Origin: Schizochytrium sp. TIO01
Taxonomy: Eukaryota; Protista; Bigyra: Labyrinthulomycetes
DNA: 64,000 nt
Direction of reading: 5' to 3'
NCBI GenBank assembly: GCA_004764695.1
Contig: SMSO01000036.1
Span: 1,550,001-1,614,000 of the forward strand
Shown: one piece after another, positions 11,384-23,164 of the stretch
Position numbering within the stretch: the first letter of the stretch is position 1
Layout of the letters: each line of letters starts with the position of its first letter
Program-made: the position numbers and the translations under genes
The notes under the pieces: generated by a model
The model's database searches: none
Seen by the model: only the letters and a program-made list of their open reading frames with translations
What the model was told of the DNA's origin: nothing

Positions 11384-12319
11384 AACAACAATAACAACCA
11401 CAGAGCCATTCCACCGTCGCATGGCCGCGGCCCTTTACCAAATTCGCAATATGATCGCACCTTTGTGCCTGGGTCATATGACCGCTATCCAGGGGACCGT
11501 AATATGATGCAACATATCCCACATTCTGACTCTCTTCGGCCTCCGATGATGGATCAAAGACGCTCCATCGATCGCCCTGGGCCTGCACTAGGGCACATGG
11601 CCCATGACCCTGGATTTCCTGATGACCGAAGAGTTTTATCTATGGGTAGTGGAAGTTTTGATCGTGAAGGCAGTGTTCGTAGTACAAGTCGGAGTCGAAA
11701 GAAAAATCGCGATCGTCGTCGTGGACGCAGTCGAAGCCAAGACCAAGAGCGTGGCCAGAGCCGGGATAGATACAGCCGTTATAACAGTCCAGGAGGAAAT
11801 CCTGAGCGCTTTCCGGGACGAGGACGAGAGCGAGAGCGGGATTGGGATAGAGAACGGGATCGCTTTCGCCGCAGCCGAAGTAGGAGCCGTGAAGGTAATG
11901 GGGGGCGTGCTATAGATGGGCGCCGTTCAAGAGATCGTTCCCGAGAGCGGCATCGATCCAACCGAGATCGTCCAATTGATCAAGACATGAGAGAGCCGTC
12001 CAGAGACAGGCGCTCTCGCGAGTTTGGTCGGGAGAATGATCGCAATCGAGGCCGCTACGATGACCGAGACCGATATGACTGGTACGATCGCGAGCGTGGT
12101 CGCTATGAACGAGAACCTTACCCTCCTGTTCCACCGCGTGATCACCCACACCCACAACCTCCACCACCTCCGGTCCCTGCTCCTCCGCCGTATCCTCCAA
12201 GTAGTCGCAGTCGGCAGCGCGAGCCTCGGAAGCCAGACCGGGACTCTAATTCAACAACTGCTGATAAGAATCGCACCAATGGAGCACCAAGTGGTTCAGG
12301 TAATACCGCTGCTAGCTGA
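9860..12319 (+). CDS. Cyclin-dependent kinase, CDK9/CDK12/CDKC-like (putative Pol II CTD kinase), with poly-Asn, RS/RD-rich and Pro-rich C-terminal tail
   Basis: 819 aa. WGSRSVNCY..IEQVGQGTYGKV, PMQTLREI (PITAIRE-like), HRDIKCSNIL, DFGLAR, YTNRVVTLWYRAPELLLG. Confidence 0.92.
11342..11398 (+). repeat. (AAY)19 coding trinucleotide repeat (poly-Asn)
   Basis: AAC/AAT run encoding N19 inside the CDK. Confidence 0.97.
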
Positions 12320-14000
12320 TCGATTATTTGGTTCCAATGTTCTGCTTCTACTCATGAAGTTATTCATGGCTGATGATGCTAATAAAGTCCTCTATCCCCC
12401 CCCCCCCCCTTCTTTTCTTGAACTATCGCAGTTTCTTATTAAAGCATATCTTGCAAGCGATGAAATGAGCACAAGGCACTTTTAAATATCAGTATGGCAA
12501 TCCCGCTTTTGATATGCATGATCTTAACAAGCTAGATAGCAACGAAATCCCTATCGTTCTATGCAAGTGAACACACAAAATACCGCTACACGGGCACATC
12601 TCACCTTTTTACAATTTATCATTTCCTCAAAAACTACACATAGAAACACAAATAACTCTGAACTGATCCTACGATGATCTTAGATGAACGAGTGAGAGCT
12701 GATTTTAACTAACAAGACCAAGAGGAGAAGAGACTGTCTGTGCAAAAGCAATTGATTTTGCGCTGGGAACTTCAGTGTGTCTCGGATGGAGGAATGACTC
12801 AAAGATCAGGGCCGTGACTTTGTAAGGGCAAATTAATATGCCTACAAACTCTGTTGCAATTCCTCACTGGATATTTCTAAGAAGCTCATGAAACACTCAT
12901 TTTTTCTCCTACGCGTTTAATGTGGATTTGCAAATTATACAAGAACCTGCCAGATCGAACGGCGTTTTTGTGGTCAACGCGAGTCGATCTTATGATTGTT
13001 TTCCGTCTTGATTCGAGTGCGTTTTATGATGAACTTAACCAGTCCTTCATTAGTCGGCATCAATTAATAAGTTCACACAAATATGCAATATGTGGAATAC
13101 AAGTTTACCATTGCGCTTTAAGTGAGTGGTCTGGCATTGAATGCTTACCTTGTCCTTGGTAGATGTTATCAGGGGAAGTAGCGTCTGCTATATGTCTCGA
13201 AGCAATAAAGGTCACCTTGACAAGAGCATTAGTACAAAGTCGGATTTTTCATGCTTGACCCCATTTTCCCTATGTGTGGACGGACGCCGAGGTTAAAACG
13301 ATTGAAAGATAATCGCATATCGACCCCTTCCTTTGGTCTTGCTCTCTCTCATTTGTCCTAAGCTTTCTGCGTGATCACTTGTTTGAGACAGTGACCATGT
13401 AGAATTTCTTTCATGTGTTCTTGATTTAATTCAGGATCGCTCAACTACTATTATAGAAATACTTGTTTACGCATAGGCTTCGGCACGCCGAAGATAACAA
13501 GTTGGCTAATATTGATATCTACAGGGAAAAGAAAGAGTCCTATGAACAGGATTAGCTGTTGTAATAAGACTTGGTGTTCTTTCATTTGGCCTTTAGCATC
13601 TATCTTTCCCTTTTATTTAAAAAAACAAAACGCAAGATTTGTTTACATCTCGTCACTTAAAAGTCGTTCTGTCAAGTCTTCATGTATATAAACTATGTAA
13701 GTTAACATTGAAAAGCTATCCATTTTTATGGGTGGGTAGTGTTCTTTATTGTTTTGTCAAAGCTATCTTTACTTTTTGTTTTGCATTTAGAAAGGTACCT
13801 AATCATCATACGCGAGGATAGGAAAAGGGCATGAGAGTTTGGCAGGGCGAGCAGCGCGGGTGTTTAAAAAGCTAGCTAAGAGCCTTTTGATTTTGCGTGT
13901 TTTGTTTTGGACTTTGTTTTGGTCTTGAAGTGGATTTTGGTTTTAGTTGTACTTGGAAATTTATCGTTTGAAATGAAGAGTGAACAAGGGGGGGGGGGCT

Positions 14001-14669
14001 TTATGATTTCTTGAATTCAAGGAGCACAGGGTATATTTTTGCGAAAGCCTCATAAGAGTGATGTTGTTCCTTTGCTCCAGTGATAATTACTTTCCCAGAC
14101 ACGAAAATTAGCAGGACAACCTTTGGGGATGCCATTCGATAAATGAGTCCAGGGAATAGCTCAGGCTCAAAGCTCGAGAACTTTCCGTGTGCGAGCGCGA
14201 GTGCCTCAAGGCGGATCGCAAATCTACAATCGCACGAGCAGACGATGTTTTGTACTTTGAAATCAGAAGACTTGGCGTCGGGCTTACCAACCTTGCGAAT
14301 GATGGCGCAAAACTTGCGAGCAGCAACCTGAGCGTCCTCTAGGCTCTTGGCGCCAGCCACTACAATCTTGCCCGAACCAAAGATAAGTGCTGTGGTCTTT
14401 GGCTGCCGAATTCGCAATACCACTGCAGAAAACCTCTGAGGATTGTACTCGCTGTTCCGGGTCTGGGTCGCGATCTCCATCAGATCCAAGCTCACATGAC
14501 AGTTTATCGTCGCAACCACATTCTGAGTCAAAATAGTTACTCCTGATTGAGGGTGTGTGTACGACTTTTGGCCGCCTTTGTTTCCGCTCTCCGTCACAGC
14601 AACGTTGCCGGTGCCAGAGCCCGTCACCGCTACGGCGCCAGAGGCCGCTGTGGATGATGCCGCGCTCAT
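14001..14669 (-). CDS. TBP: TATA-box binding protein
   Basis: 222 aa with two TBP repeats: [34 protein letters not shown]; [37 protein letters not shown]. Confidence 0.98.
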   Translation of the reverse strand: MSAASSTAASGAVAVTGSGTGNVAVTESGNKGGQKSYTHPQSGVTILTQNVVATINCHVSLDLMEIATQTRNSEYNPQRFSAVVLRIRQPKTTALIFGSGKIVVAGAKSLEDAQVAARKFCAIIRKVGKPDAKSSDFKVQNIVCSCDCRFAIRLEALALAHGKFSSFEPELFPGLIYRMASPKVVLLIFVSGKVIITGAKEQHHSYEAFAKIYPVLLEFKKS

Positions 14670-15815
14670 GACCAGAAGCGGTACCTCAGCTGGCCGGGAA
14701 GCGAGCAGATGAAGATCACCTCTTCCAGCAGCAGCAGCAGGAGCTGCCTGAGACGCAGCGGAGATTCCTGTCTCCGTGCGCTCAGAGGTTGCTGCGGATC
14801 AGCCCCCCGAATGGTCTTTGCGCGAGTTGATCGAGTTGTCTACCTCCTCATTTACTACTCTTCCCTTATTTCATCATATTATTATTTTACTCGCTCCATA
14901 TTATCATTAGAAGTTGTTTTCGCTTTCGTTTCATTTTAGTCGAGGCGGGCTCGCTAATAACAACAGTAGGACTCCGCTACGCCACGGCTTCGCCATATCA
15001 GCGATAAGTTAGTTCTATGGCGCTCACAGCACGGGATGAATGAACTCCATCGTGGAGAAGCAAGCACTCGCCGAATTGTGGCAGCGCAGCTCAGCAAATG
15101 CAAAAGGTGGAAAGAAGATCTGGACTGCCGAGTGTTCGCGTCGAACGTGCTTTTCCGATGCCCAGTCATCTGCAGGAGCGCAGACCTCGGTGCGGCAAGA
15201 TGGTTGAATTTGCCTCCTTGAGGTAGTTAGCCATTAAGACGGAATAGATAAATAAATAGCTCATGAATGGATTTAGGAGTGAACTTCTAACTAACCAGGG
15301 ATTAAAACTCCTGTGGAAATCTTGCCTTTTGCGCAGCCTTCAACTGCGGAGAGTACGACGATGCACACGATAAGGCTCGGGTCAGGGATTGATTGCTCTT
15401 GATAGGTTTGACCTTGATCTTTTGACTTTGGTTTTTCCTGCTTCTGCGAAGTTCTAACTTACTAACTACCTACTATCCCGCTATACTCCTAGTCTCAAAT
15501 CAACTGCAAGGTCCTCTCATTCCCTTCATTAGGCGACAATTAACCTTCACTTTACTATTGAATATAGAAAAATAATGTACTTCCGAGGGCGTTTGCTCAA
15601 CTTGAACAAAATTTAATACTCTACTTAAGCAGACTGTATAGCCTAGTTGTGAAGGGCAGCGTTGATGCATAAGTGGAGATTTGGGAGAATAGTGTATAGA
15701 TATTATGTTATTAGTGATGAATACAGAAATAAATTTTAAAAAATGAATCGATGTTTGATAATGTATTATTCACTTAATTGAAAAGAGGCAAACCTGAAAA
15801 CAGAGCTGAGGCATC

Positions 15816-16600
15816 ATGACGACGCTACGGCCCCTCGCCGTGGACGACCTGTTCAGGTTCAACAATGTGAACCTGGACGAGCTCACAGAGACTTATAACC
15901 AGTCGTTCTACCTACAATATCTCTCGCAGTGGCCGGAATACTTTCAGGTGCAGGAGGCGCCAGATGGTAGGCTCATGGGATATATTATGGGCAAGGTCGA
16001 GGGCAAGGGCACTGATTGGCACGGACACGTGACTGCTGTGACAGTGGCTCCGGAGTTCAGAAGACTTGGTCTTGCGAAGACTCTCATGAAGAACCTTGAG
16101 GACATCTCAGAGAATGTGTAAGTGTACAGACAGACTATGATATGAAGATATTAATTTAGTCTGCAATGAGCCAAGGGACACTGATTGTCCTCAAGCTTTA
16201 TGCGTGGGGTCAACTGAGTTGATTTCCTTGTGAAGCAAAAGAATCAATTACAGTCATGTGAGACTAACAATAAAAAATTGTTTGACGACATTGTAACGAA
16301 ACTGCGGATGGGATTGCGATTGGGACGAAATTGTTGCTAACCTTTAATAACTTGTGCGAACATAGACACAATGGCTACTTCGTGGACCTCTTCGTCCGTG
16401 TGAGCAACTCCCTAGCTATTGCTATGTATGAGAAAATGGGTTATACTGTGTATCGAAGGGTGATAGGATATTATAGCGGAACACCACAGACAGCTGAAGA
16501 AGACGCATTTGATATGCGCAAGGCCCTTGCTAGAGATGTGGACAAAAAATCGATTATTCCCCTCAAGGATCCTGTCTACCCTGAAGACGTACCCGATTAA
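15816..16600 (+). CDS. NAA20: NatB catalytic subunit (N-alpha-acetyltransferase 20); join(15816..16117,16366..16600), 178 aa
   Basis: MTTLRP..DDLFRFNNVNLDELTETY, WHGHVTAVTVAPEFRRLGLA, YFVDLFVRVSN, EDAFDMRKAL. Intron removal joins the two ORF-track pieces in frame. Confidence 0.97.
16118..16365 (+). other. Spliceosomal intron of NAA20 (248 nt)
   Basis: GTAAGT donor, GCTAAC branch site at 16336, CATAG acceptor; in-frame join. Confidence 0.93.
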
Positions 16601-16810
16601 CACATAATCAAAATGGTATCTATAAATATCTTGTCGGTGTGTCTTTATTTAAAAGCGGACGTAAAAAATAAATCAAGAATGTATTGAAGTAGCGGAAAAT
16701 TTTCTGTGGAATCAGCAGCAAGATTTACTAAATGTTACTCCACGGCGATGTGGCACAGAAAAATTGAGTCGCATGGACTTCAGAGACGAAACTCGCCGGT
16801 CCATTCAGGT

Positions 16811-17614
16811 CTACAGCTTCGGTTTAAAATCTTCGAAACTTCCCCCGCGACCTGCTCCACTGGCGAACTTTGCTGCTCCTTTGACTCCATCAACCAATAC
16901 TGCCGCGCCATGCTTAAGCTCATTCTGAATGCCTGCAGATTCGCTTAGACCCCACTGTTCATAAGCACTAGCACGATCGGAAAGCATTGTTGCTTGTGGG
17001 AATGAGGCAATCTCAGCCGCAAGTTTTTCAGCTTCCTCACGAGCCTTGCCGTGGCCGACCATGCGATTCACAAGTCCAATACTAAGTGCTTCTTGGGCTC
17101 TACATGGACGTCCTGTAAGAATTAGATCCATTGCCCGGCTGTGCCCAATTAATCTAGGCAAGCGTACCGTACCCCCATCAATCAAGGGCACTCCCCAACG
17201 CCGACAAAATACACCCATGGTAGCACTCTCTTCAGCAACGCGTAGATCGCACCAACAAGCGAGTTCGAGCCCCCCTGCAACAGCATATCCTGCAATAGCG
17301 GCAATCACAGGTTTCTTAAGCTGCATGCGACTGGGACCCATTGGTCCTGGTCCGTAGGGCGTGACTTTGTTCGGGTGATTCTGCGATGCCACAGCCTTAA
17401 GATCTGCACCTGCGCAAAAAGTATTATTCGCTCCCCAAAGAACTGCGACTCTCGCTATCTTGTCATCCTCGAAGGCAGTAAATGCAGCGAAAAGAGCTTC
17501 TGCGGCACGTCCGTCAACAGCGTTGCGTTGCTCAGGCCGATCAATTACAATTGTCCACACGCGATCTTCGTAACTCTTGTCAAGCCGCACACCACCTCCG
17601 AAGGACTGAGACAT
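16811..17614 (-). CDS. Enoyl-CoA hydratase/isomerase (crotonase) family protein with C-terminal PTS1-like PKL
   Basis: 267 aa. FCAGADLK, KPVIAAIAGYAVAGGLELA, GVFCRRWGVPLIDGGTVRLPRLIG, MDLILTGR. Confidence 0.95.
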   Translation of the reverse strand: MSQSFGGGVRLDKSYEDRVWTIVIDRPEQRNAVDGRAAEALFAAFTAFEDDKIARVAVLWGANNTFCAGADLKAVASQNHPNKVTPYGPGPMGPSRMQLKKPVIAAIAGYAVAGGLELACWCDLRVAEESATMGVFCRRWGVPLIDGGTVRLPRLIGHSRAMDLILTGRPCRAQEALSIGLVNRMVGHGKAREEAEKLAAEIASFPQATMLSDRASAYEQWGLSESAGIQNELKHGAAVLVDGVKGAAKFASGAGRGGSFEDFKPKL

Positions 17615-18371
17615 AGTGTCTTCTTGTAAGCACCGAATGTTGAGTTGTCAGGGTGACCCCGCTCCTTCAATTGCACAAAATTTTGCAAACTTGTTACAGT
17701 TTCTGTAGAAGGTACATGCCTACCTACCTTTCGAAACTCAAGCAGAAGGTCATATGTGACGGACTGACTCAGAAAAGATATGAAAACACATACCAAAAGT
17801 AAACTAACCAAATCTAAATACTTACTTGTGCGGAGCTGCTTCGAACATAGTGAATGAAACATTCACGTATTTAGTACGGTTCCTGTGTCAGTTCAGCTTT
17901 GATTGCGTAAAATTGAAAATTCAACCAATATTTATGTGGTAAAAGTCGTTTTTCTGTATAGCTAAAATGTTTACTCATCTGCACTTCTAAATCTATTTAT
18001 ATTGAGAACTGATTCACAACTTTTAATAGATCAGTGAGAATGTCTTTTTCAGATGAAAATGCAAAGATGTACGCAATCTCTTTACTTCAAGCTGTCTCTG
18101 AAATGAGAACCAAACCTACGGAATGATTTGCAGAGAAACTTCGCAATAGCACTGTTACACAAGCAGAGTTGTAGAGCTTATCTAAGATCCAAACAAAGAT
18201 CCAAGGACCTGAATCGTTTATCATCCTTGCATTGTCTCAGAATTGTTACTCTCAATTCTCTACGTCCGGAAGACTCAATTATACAAGGAAGCCTTTCAAA
18301 ATTAGCTTTCGTTAATCTTACTGTAAGAAGATCTAAAGAAGCAAAGTCAGAATGACACAGATTTACAGCGA

Positions 18372-20411
18372 CTAGTGAGAAGAAAGCGAGACGTGCTTCT
18401 TCGTCTTAGGAATAAGATAATCAGGAAGTACGGATGGTTCCGGCATACCCTCTCTAGAAATACTTATAGCAAGATGGTGAGCCACTACGAATTCGTCACG
18501 ATCAAGTCGCCTGTCGCCATCGATATCAGCTAACTCAAGGATTCTAGCTATAGTAGCCTTAGACAATTGCGACCGCAAGAGAAACTCGCTAGCCGTCTTA
18601 CCCTTGACAAAGGATCCATCAGGGTCATTCTCAGCATACTTATCAAAGTTCCTGCAGCACAAGTTGTAACGCTCCTTTGTAACGGGCCACTTGCGCCCTC
18701 CAACAGCAGCCGAGCCAGCGCTAGATTTTGTCTGAGATAGCATCGGTGATGTAGGAGGCTGCGTTGGCTTCATCCTAAATTGTGCATTTTTTGGTGAAGG
18801 TATAGCCTCTGAACCGCCAGGAATGGCCGTGACACCCTGGCTGAGTGAGGTGCTGCGACGGGGCGGGGCAGGTGGGCCAGTGCCAAAAATGTTTGCCTGA
18901 ATATTGTCGCAATCTGCCACAATCGTAGATGAGGCTTCGGAAGCATTTCCAGCTACGATAATGTTATCGACTACGGTAGGTCTACTTCCAGGAGTATCAC
19001 GGAGAGTAGCGTTAGGATCAGGCCCGACATAGGTGATAGGAAACATCCCCTCGCGACCATCTTCTGTGGAGCCAAACCACCAGTCAGGGTCATCAGTAGA
19101 AATCAATTTAATTCGCTCTCCAGCATAAAGCTGCAATTCCACATCCTCGCGAGGTTCGAAATCATACAACGCTAGAACATGTGAAGCACGTGAGAGATCA
19201 TCAGGTGCTTGGATATCCTGGGTATTTGCTTGACTTGGAGTACGATTTGCTGCTTCCGCAGCATCTACTGGTTCAATAAACTCCTCGGTACCTGTAAGAC
19301 CACAATAAGCGCACGGAAAGATTCCCATTTCTGTACTTCCATCGGGCAGCATCTTCAAGCCAGTATACCAATCTTGATTAACCTGGCCTATGATTTTCAC
19401 TTGATCGCCCTCAACAAGATAAAGCTCATCGTCTTCCTCGGGCTCATGGTCATACAGGACAGTCACAAAGCGACTCACTCTGTTATTGTCAGCCACCGGG
19501 ACCGCAGACTCGCCAATGTGGTGACCTTGGTATAAGGGGTCAGCCGACATGGCTACAGCAGTATCAAAGCTTCCAATCCGCTCACGGGAATCCTGGCCAC
19601 TAACCGTACCTTCGTGTCCTCCCCCAGAAGGCATTGCACTGTTATGAGGAGTGAAGCCCGCTGGCAAGGTTTGTGTGATTGGCTGGGTTGCCAGGAAGCG
19701 ACCTTGGGGCTTTTCGCGAGTTGGGGGAGGTACATCAAAGAGATCTGATGCCTGACCAATAAGGCACTTCATTACAAGTGTCATGTTTTGAGCTTGCTTC
19801 ATCATGACTTGAGGGTCCGGCACTGCGTCGCTGGAAGGCGGAGGATCCAAGAGAATTGCCCCAAACATGTGAGCCAGACGGTCTTGATCAGTGAGACAGT
19901 CGCGTAAGAGCATGCAAAGGTCGCGGAGGTTCTCGAAATTCTTGTGAGGCACATCCTGTAACACTTCGCTTACTACTTCGACTATGGGCTTTGTGAGCCC
20001 CGTCTGCTCAAGGTCGCGAGAGAGGAAGACTTCGCTGAGGTGATGGGGAATAAGGGGTTTGTTCATCTCTTTAAGAAATAATTTCACAACATTGGCCCAC
20101 ACGTGAACATCGTAGTGTTCAAGAACAGGCCCAGGCGCATCGCGAGATCGCAATAAGTCCTTGGCAGCCATCTGGAAAGATGCCGCATCCGCTTCCGGGT
20201 CATTTCCACCGACTCTCATGAACAAGTTGTCTGTGTTGAGCGCATTCTCATATAGGTAATGAAACAGAGGTGTGAGCACGGCCATAACACGATTCTCTTC
20301 TTCACCATTGAGCCCCAGCTTCTTGGCGGCCTTGCTCAACTTGTAAGCCTTAGCCGCATCCTTTTTGTTGGTGGAGCTATTTTTGTTTTTTCCCCGCTTG
20401 AAAGGCAGCAT
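18372..20411 (-). CDS. RhoGAP-like + two SH3 + C-terminal EH domain protein
   Basis: 679 aa. LFMRVGG (Arg finger region), ANVVKLFLKEMNKPLIP; SH3 motifs VLYDHEPEEDDEL..DWY..GIFPCAY and ALYDFEPREDVEL..DWW..GMFPITYV; EH motif LADIDGDRRLDRDEFVVAHHL..PSVLP. Confidence 0.88.
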   Translation of the reverse strand: MLPFKRGKNKNSSTNKKDAAKAYKLSKAAKKLGLNGEEENRVMAVLTPLFHYLYENALNTDNLFMRVGGNDPEADAASFQMAAKDLLRSRDAPGPVLEHYDVHVWANVVKLFLKEMNKPLIPHHLSEVFLSRDLEQTGLTKPIVEVVSEVLQDVPHKNFENLRDLCMLLRDCLTDQDRLAHMFGAILLDPPPSSDAVPDPQVMMKQAQNMTLVMKCLIGQASDLFDVPPPTREKPQGRFLATQPITQTLPAGFTPHNSAMPSGGGHEGTVSGQDSRERIGSFDTAVAMSADPLYQGHHIGESAVPVADNNRVSRFVTVLYDHEPEEDDELYLVEGDQVKIIGQVNQDWYTGLKMLPDGSTEMGIFPCAYCGLTGTEEFIEPVDAAEAANRTPSQANTQDIQAPDDLSRASHVLALYDFEPREDVELQLYAGERIKLISTDDPDWWFGSTEDGREGMFPITYVGPDPNATLRDTPGSRPTVVDNIIVAGNASEASSTIVADCDNIQANIFGTGPPAPPRRSTSLSQGVTAIPGGSEAIPSPKNAQFRMKPTQPPTSPMLSQTKSSAGSAAVGGRKWPVTKERYNLCCRNFDKYAENDPDGSFVKGKTASEFLLRSQLSKATIARILELADIDGDRRLDRDEFVVAHHLAISISREGMPEPSVLPDYLIPKTKKHVSLSSH

Positions 20412-23164
20412 CGTAGTTCTGAGAGAAGCTTTGTGAGGTTTGCGAAACTAGATATGTTCTCAAGCAAGCAAGGAAGCCAAGATTTTCTCCACTTCCCTTA
20501 TACACAATTAGATATGCAAGAAATCAAAGCTTACGGAAAGATCCCGCGAAAGAGAAGATAGTCAAGGCAAGCCGCCTCGTGACTTCCTTCGCACAAGGAC
20601 GCTCACTGACTGACCAGCGGTTGTCAGAAGTGTAGCAGCTTTGTCTTTGCTTGTTCTCCTACCCCAGCAAAAGTGACCTGATCCACGAGCCACTCTATTT
20701 CTGGGGAATAACTCCACGTTGTAAAGCTCTACGCAAAATATTGTGTACACAGCGAATCCTGTTGAAGCAGAAGAAGCCGAACAAGATGTCTGACTTGAAG
20801 TACCGACAGAAAAGAAAAACCACCTAGGTGCTCTCTCAATCTGGCTAAATCAGAGACAAATCGATGCCGTGGCAGGCAGCAGTATCTACTCTGCTTATGC
20901 GATGGAGGAAATAAGTGGAGTCGGTGGGGAGAAGGAAGCGGGGTTGAAAGATGCGATGTACTGGTTTTCTGACTGCTTGAGGAGAACCTTTTATAAAAGA
21001 CACAACAAACAAAAGAAGAAAGAATCAGTTGAAAGACTCACTGAGTGAAAGAAGAAACTCCGCGCTCACCCGAGCACTCGGAAGAGCAAGCAAATATGAA
21101 ACAACTAGCAGCAGAGACGCAAAGGTCAAAGAGTCCAATATTGCAGCTTTGGCGAAGATCTCAGACGAAACAATACACCCTGGGAAACGTCGCGTCGAAG
21201 TAATCGGCGGGCCGGCCGACTCTTGAAGAAATGGCACGAGCGAATGTATTTTATGTACCTACGTTATGAGCTCTGCTATCCAAAACACTAAGAACAGTAG
21301 GAGGCTCAATATTTGCTTTTCATTGTTTATTTATTCCAAGACCATTTCGTTTTTTTGGTTCCTAGAGGAGCACGAACCTTCACCCTGGGAGATCTTAACT
21401 TGTGGAGTTGTTCTAAAACATATCTTGAGTTTTTTAGAGTCTCGAAGCTGTTCGTGCGCAAGAGAATAATGATGGATAAATTGGGTTTTGGGATTTTCAT
21501 TTTGTTGGAATTTATATACTAATGTACAGAATATTTTCTGATTGATTATAATAATTTTTATTTTTAATAGCACATCTCTCGCCTGTTTGGCCTGTGTATG
21601 TTATTTCGACTCAGAATTCTGTGACTCGGCACCCTTTCTAGAAGTTCCTTTAAAAGTTGTCATATTTTCACTTGCAAGATTTCCAATTCGTTGTTTAACA
21701 AGTCTCTATTATTTCCTGAACTTCTTTTACACTCTTTTCGGTACTTGCCGATATCGTCGTCTCCCAGGAGGTGGCCAATGAAGAGAGACTTCGGCGCTAT
21801 CTTGCGCCGAGGTATTATCTTGGTCGGTGCACTCCTTAAGGTTGCCCTTGCAGCAGTAGAAAGTGTTTGCTCTCAGCCGCGAGAAAATGGGCGGTGAAAG
21901 GGCCCTTTAGCATTAACCTTGCTTTTATGTGCTAGCATTTAAGGATTGTCTTGGTTTAATGAAGACATAGAAAATTGAGGATGACTGCGTCGATCTGCTG
22001 ACTTGCATTATAGGAGGTCAGTAGGAGGTTAAAGATCTTTGGTGTTGGGCACCAAGGATTGACGCTGCCAACCATGAGCGGGGTCATTCACAATAAAGTA
22101 TTCTGAACTCACTTTGCATGATTGCCTGAAGGAATGAATTTTAGCTAGGTCCGCCACTATGTTGAAAATAAATTATGAAGAGCTGGGCGTTCGAAAGTCA
22201 ACTGGGGACATTTTAAAGGAGCTGAAAAATGTTATGTTGGCCAAATCTGGTCCACAAACTACATCTCTTAACTTTGAATTACATTTGGATTTTTGTTTTA
22301 CTACGCTTGAACTTCTAGGGCCTGTAGGTGGAAATTATATATGTGTTGTTTCATTGTGGGTGTTGTCGATCTGCAACTTCAGATCCGGAAAAAATAAACT
22401 CATTTTGACTGTCTAGAAGTGGGTTACGGGGTGCGGAATAATAGCCCTGGTAATCAAATCTTGCAAAAGCTTCATTGTTGAAGTCAATCCTTGGGCTGGT
22501 TCGAATATTAAGGAAAATCCAAACCTATCCTAACGAGGAAGTAAAAATTCACTGTTTGAGCAGATCCAGTTATATGTCGGCCTTTCCTTAAAGAGGTCAT
22601 ATATGATAAGAAGAAGCAAATCTAATCTAGCAAATCCAAGAAAAAGGTTCCGAAAATAAGCAGGCGACTGATTCTGTACAGAAATTATAGTTTGTCAGTA
22701 CTCGTCCACTTTCATTGTTTGCAAGTCTACTCAGAGATCGAAGGGGGAAAATCAACTTATTAGGAGACGGGGAATAAAAGGAATTACCTTCTCATTTCTC
22801 ACAAAAGTTCTTCGAGTAAACTTTTTATTCTTATTTATATATAGTGGTATGGTAGTATGGGTTTGTAATGATAGTGGAAGGGTCTTTACCAAAGGAGCTA
22901 TCTCCAAAAGATGATGCAGATTAGATACAGGATCAGGCGTATTTGCACATTAGAAAAGCTGCAATAAAGGACTGAAAACAAAATAGCAAAGTTGCTTGCT
23001 ATTCGGTTTCAAGTTGTTGCTTTGCTTCCTGATTGGCAACCAAATCGTTCACAGACGTAGTAGCTCCATTTAACCTCGCAACTTAAGTACGAACATTCTG
23101 CAACAGACAGGAGCCCAATTGGCCCAATTGGTGCCGCAGCAAGTATGTAAAATATGAAACCATA

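Noticed and set aside
16172-16188. CAAGGGACACTGATTG in the NAA20 intron resembles exon 1 CAAGGGCACTGATTG
   Set aside because: Single short gapped match with no further similarity; no snoRNA boxes supported.
22159-22416. 85-aa ATG ORF preceded by an AG
   Set aside because: No motif or codon bias; cannot be distinguished from chance.
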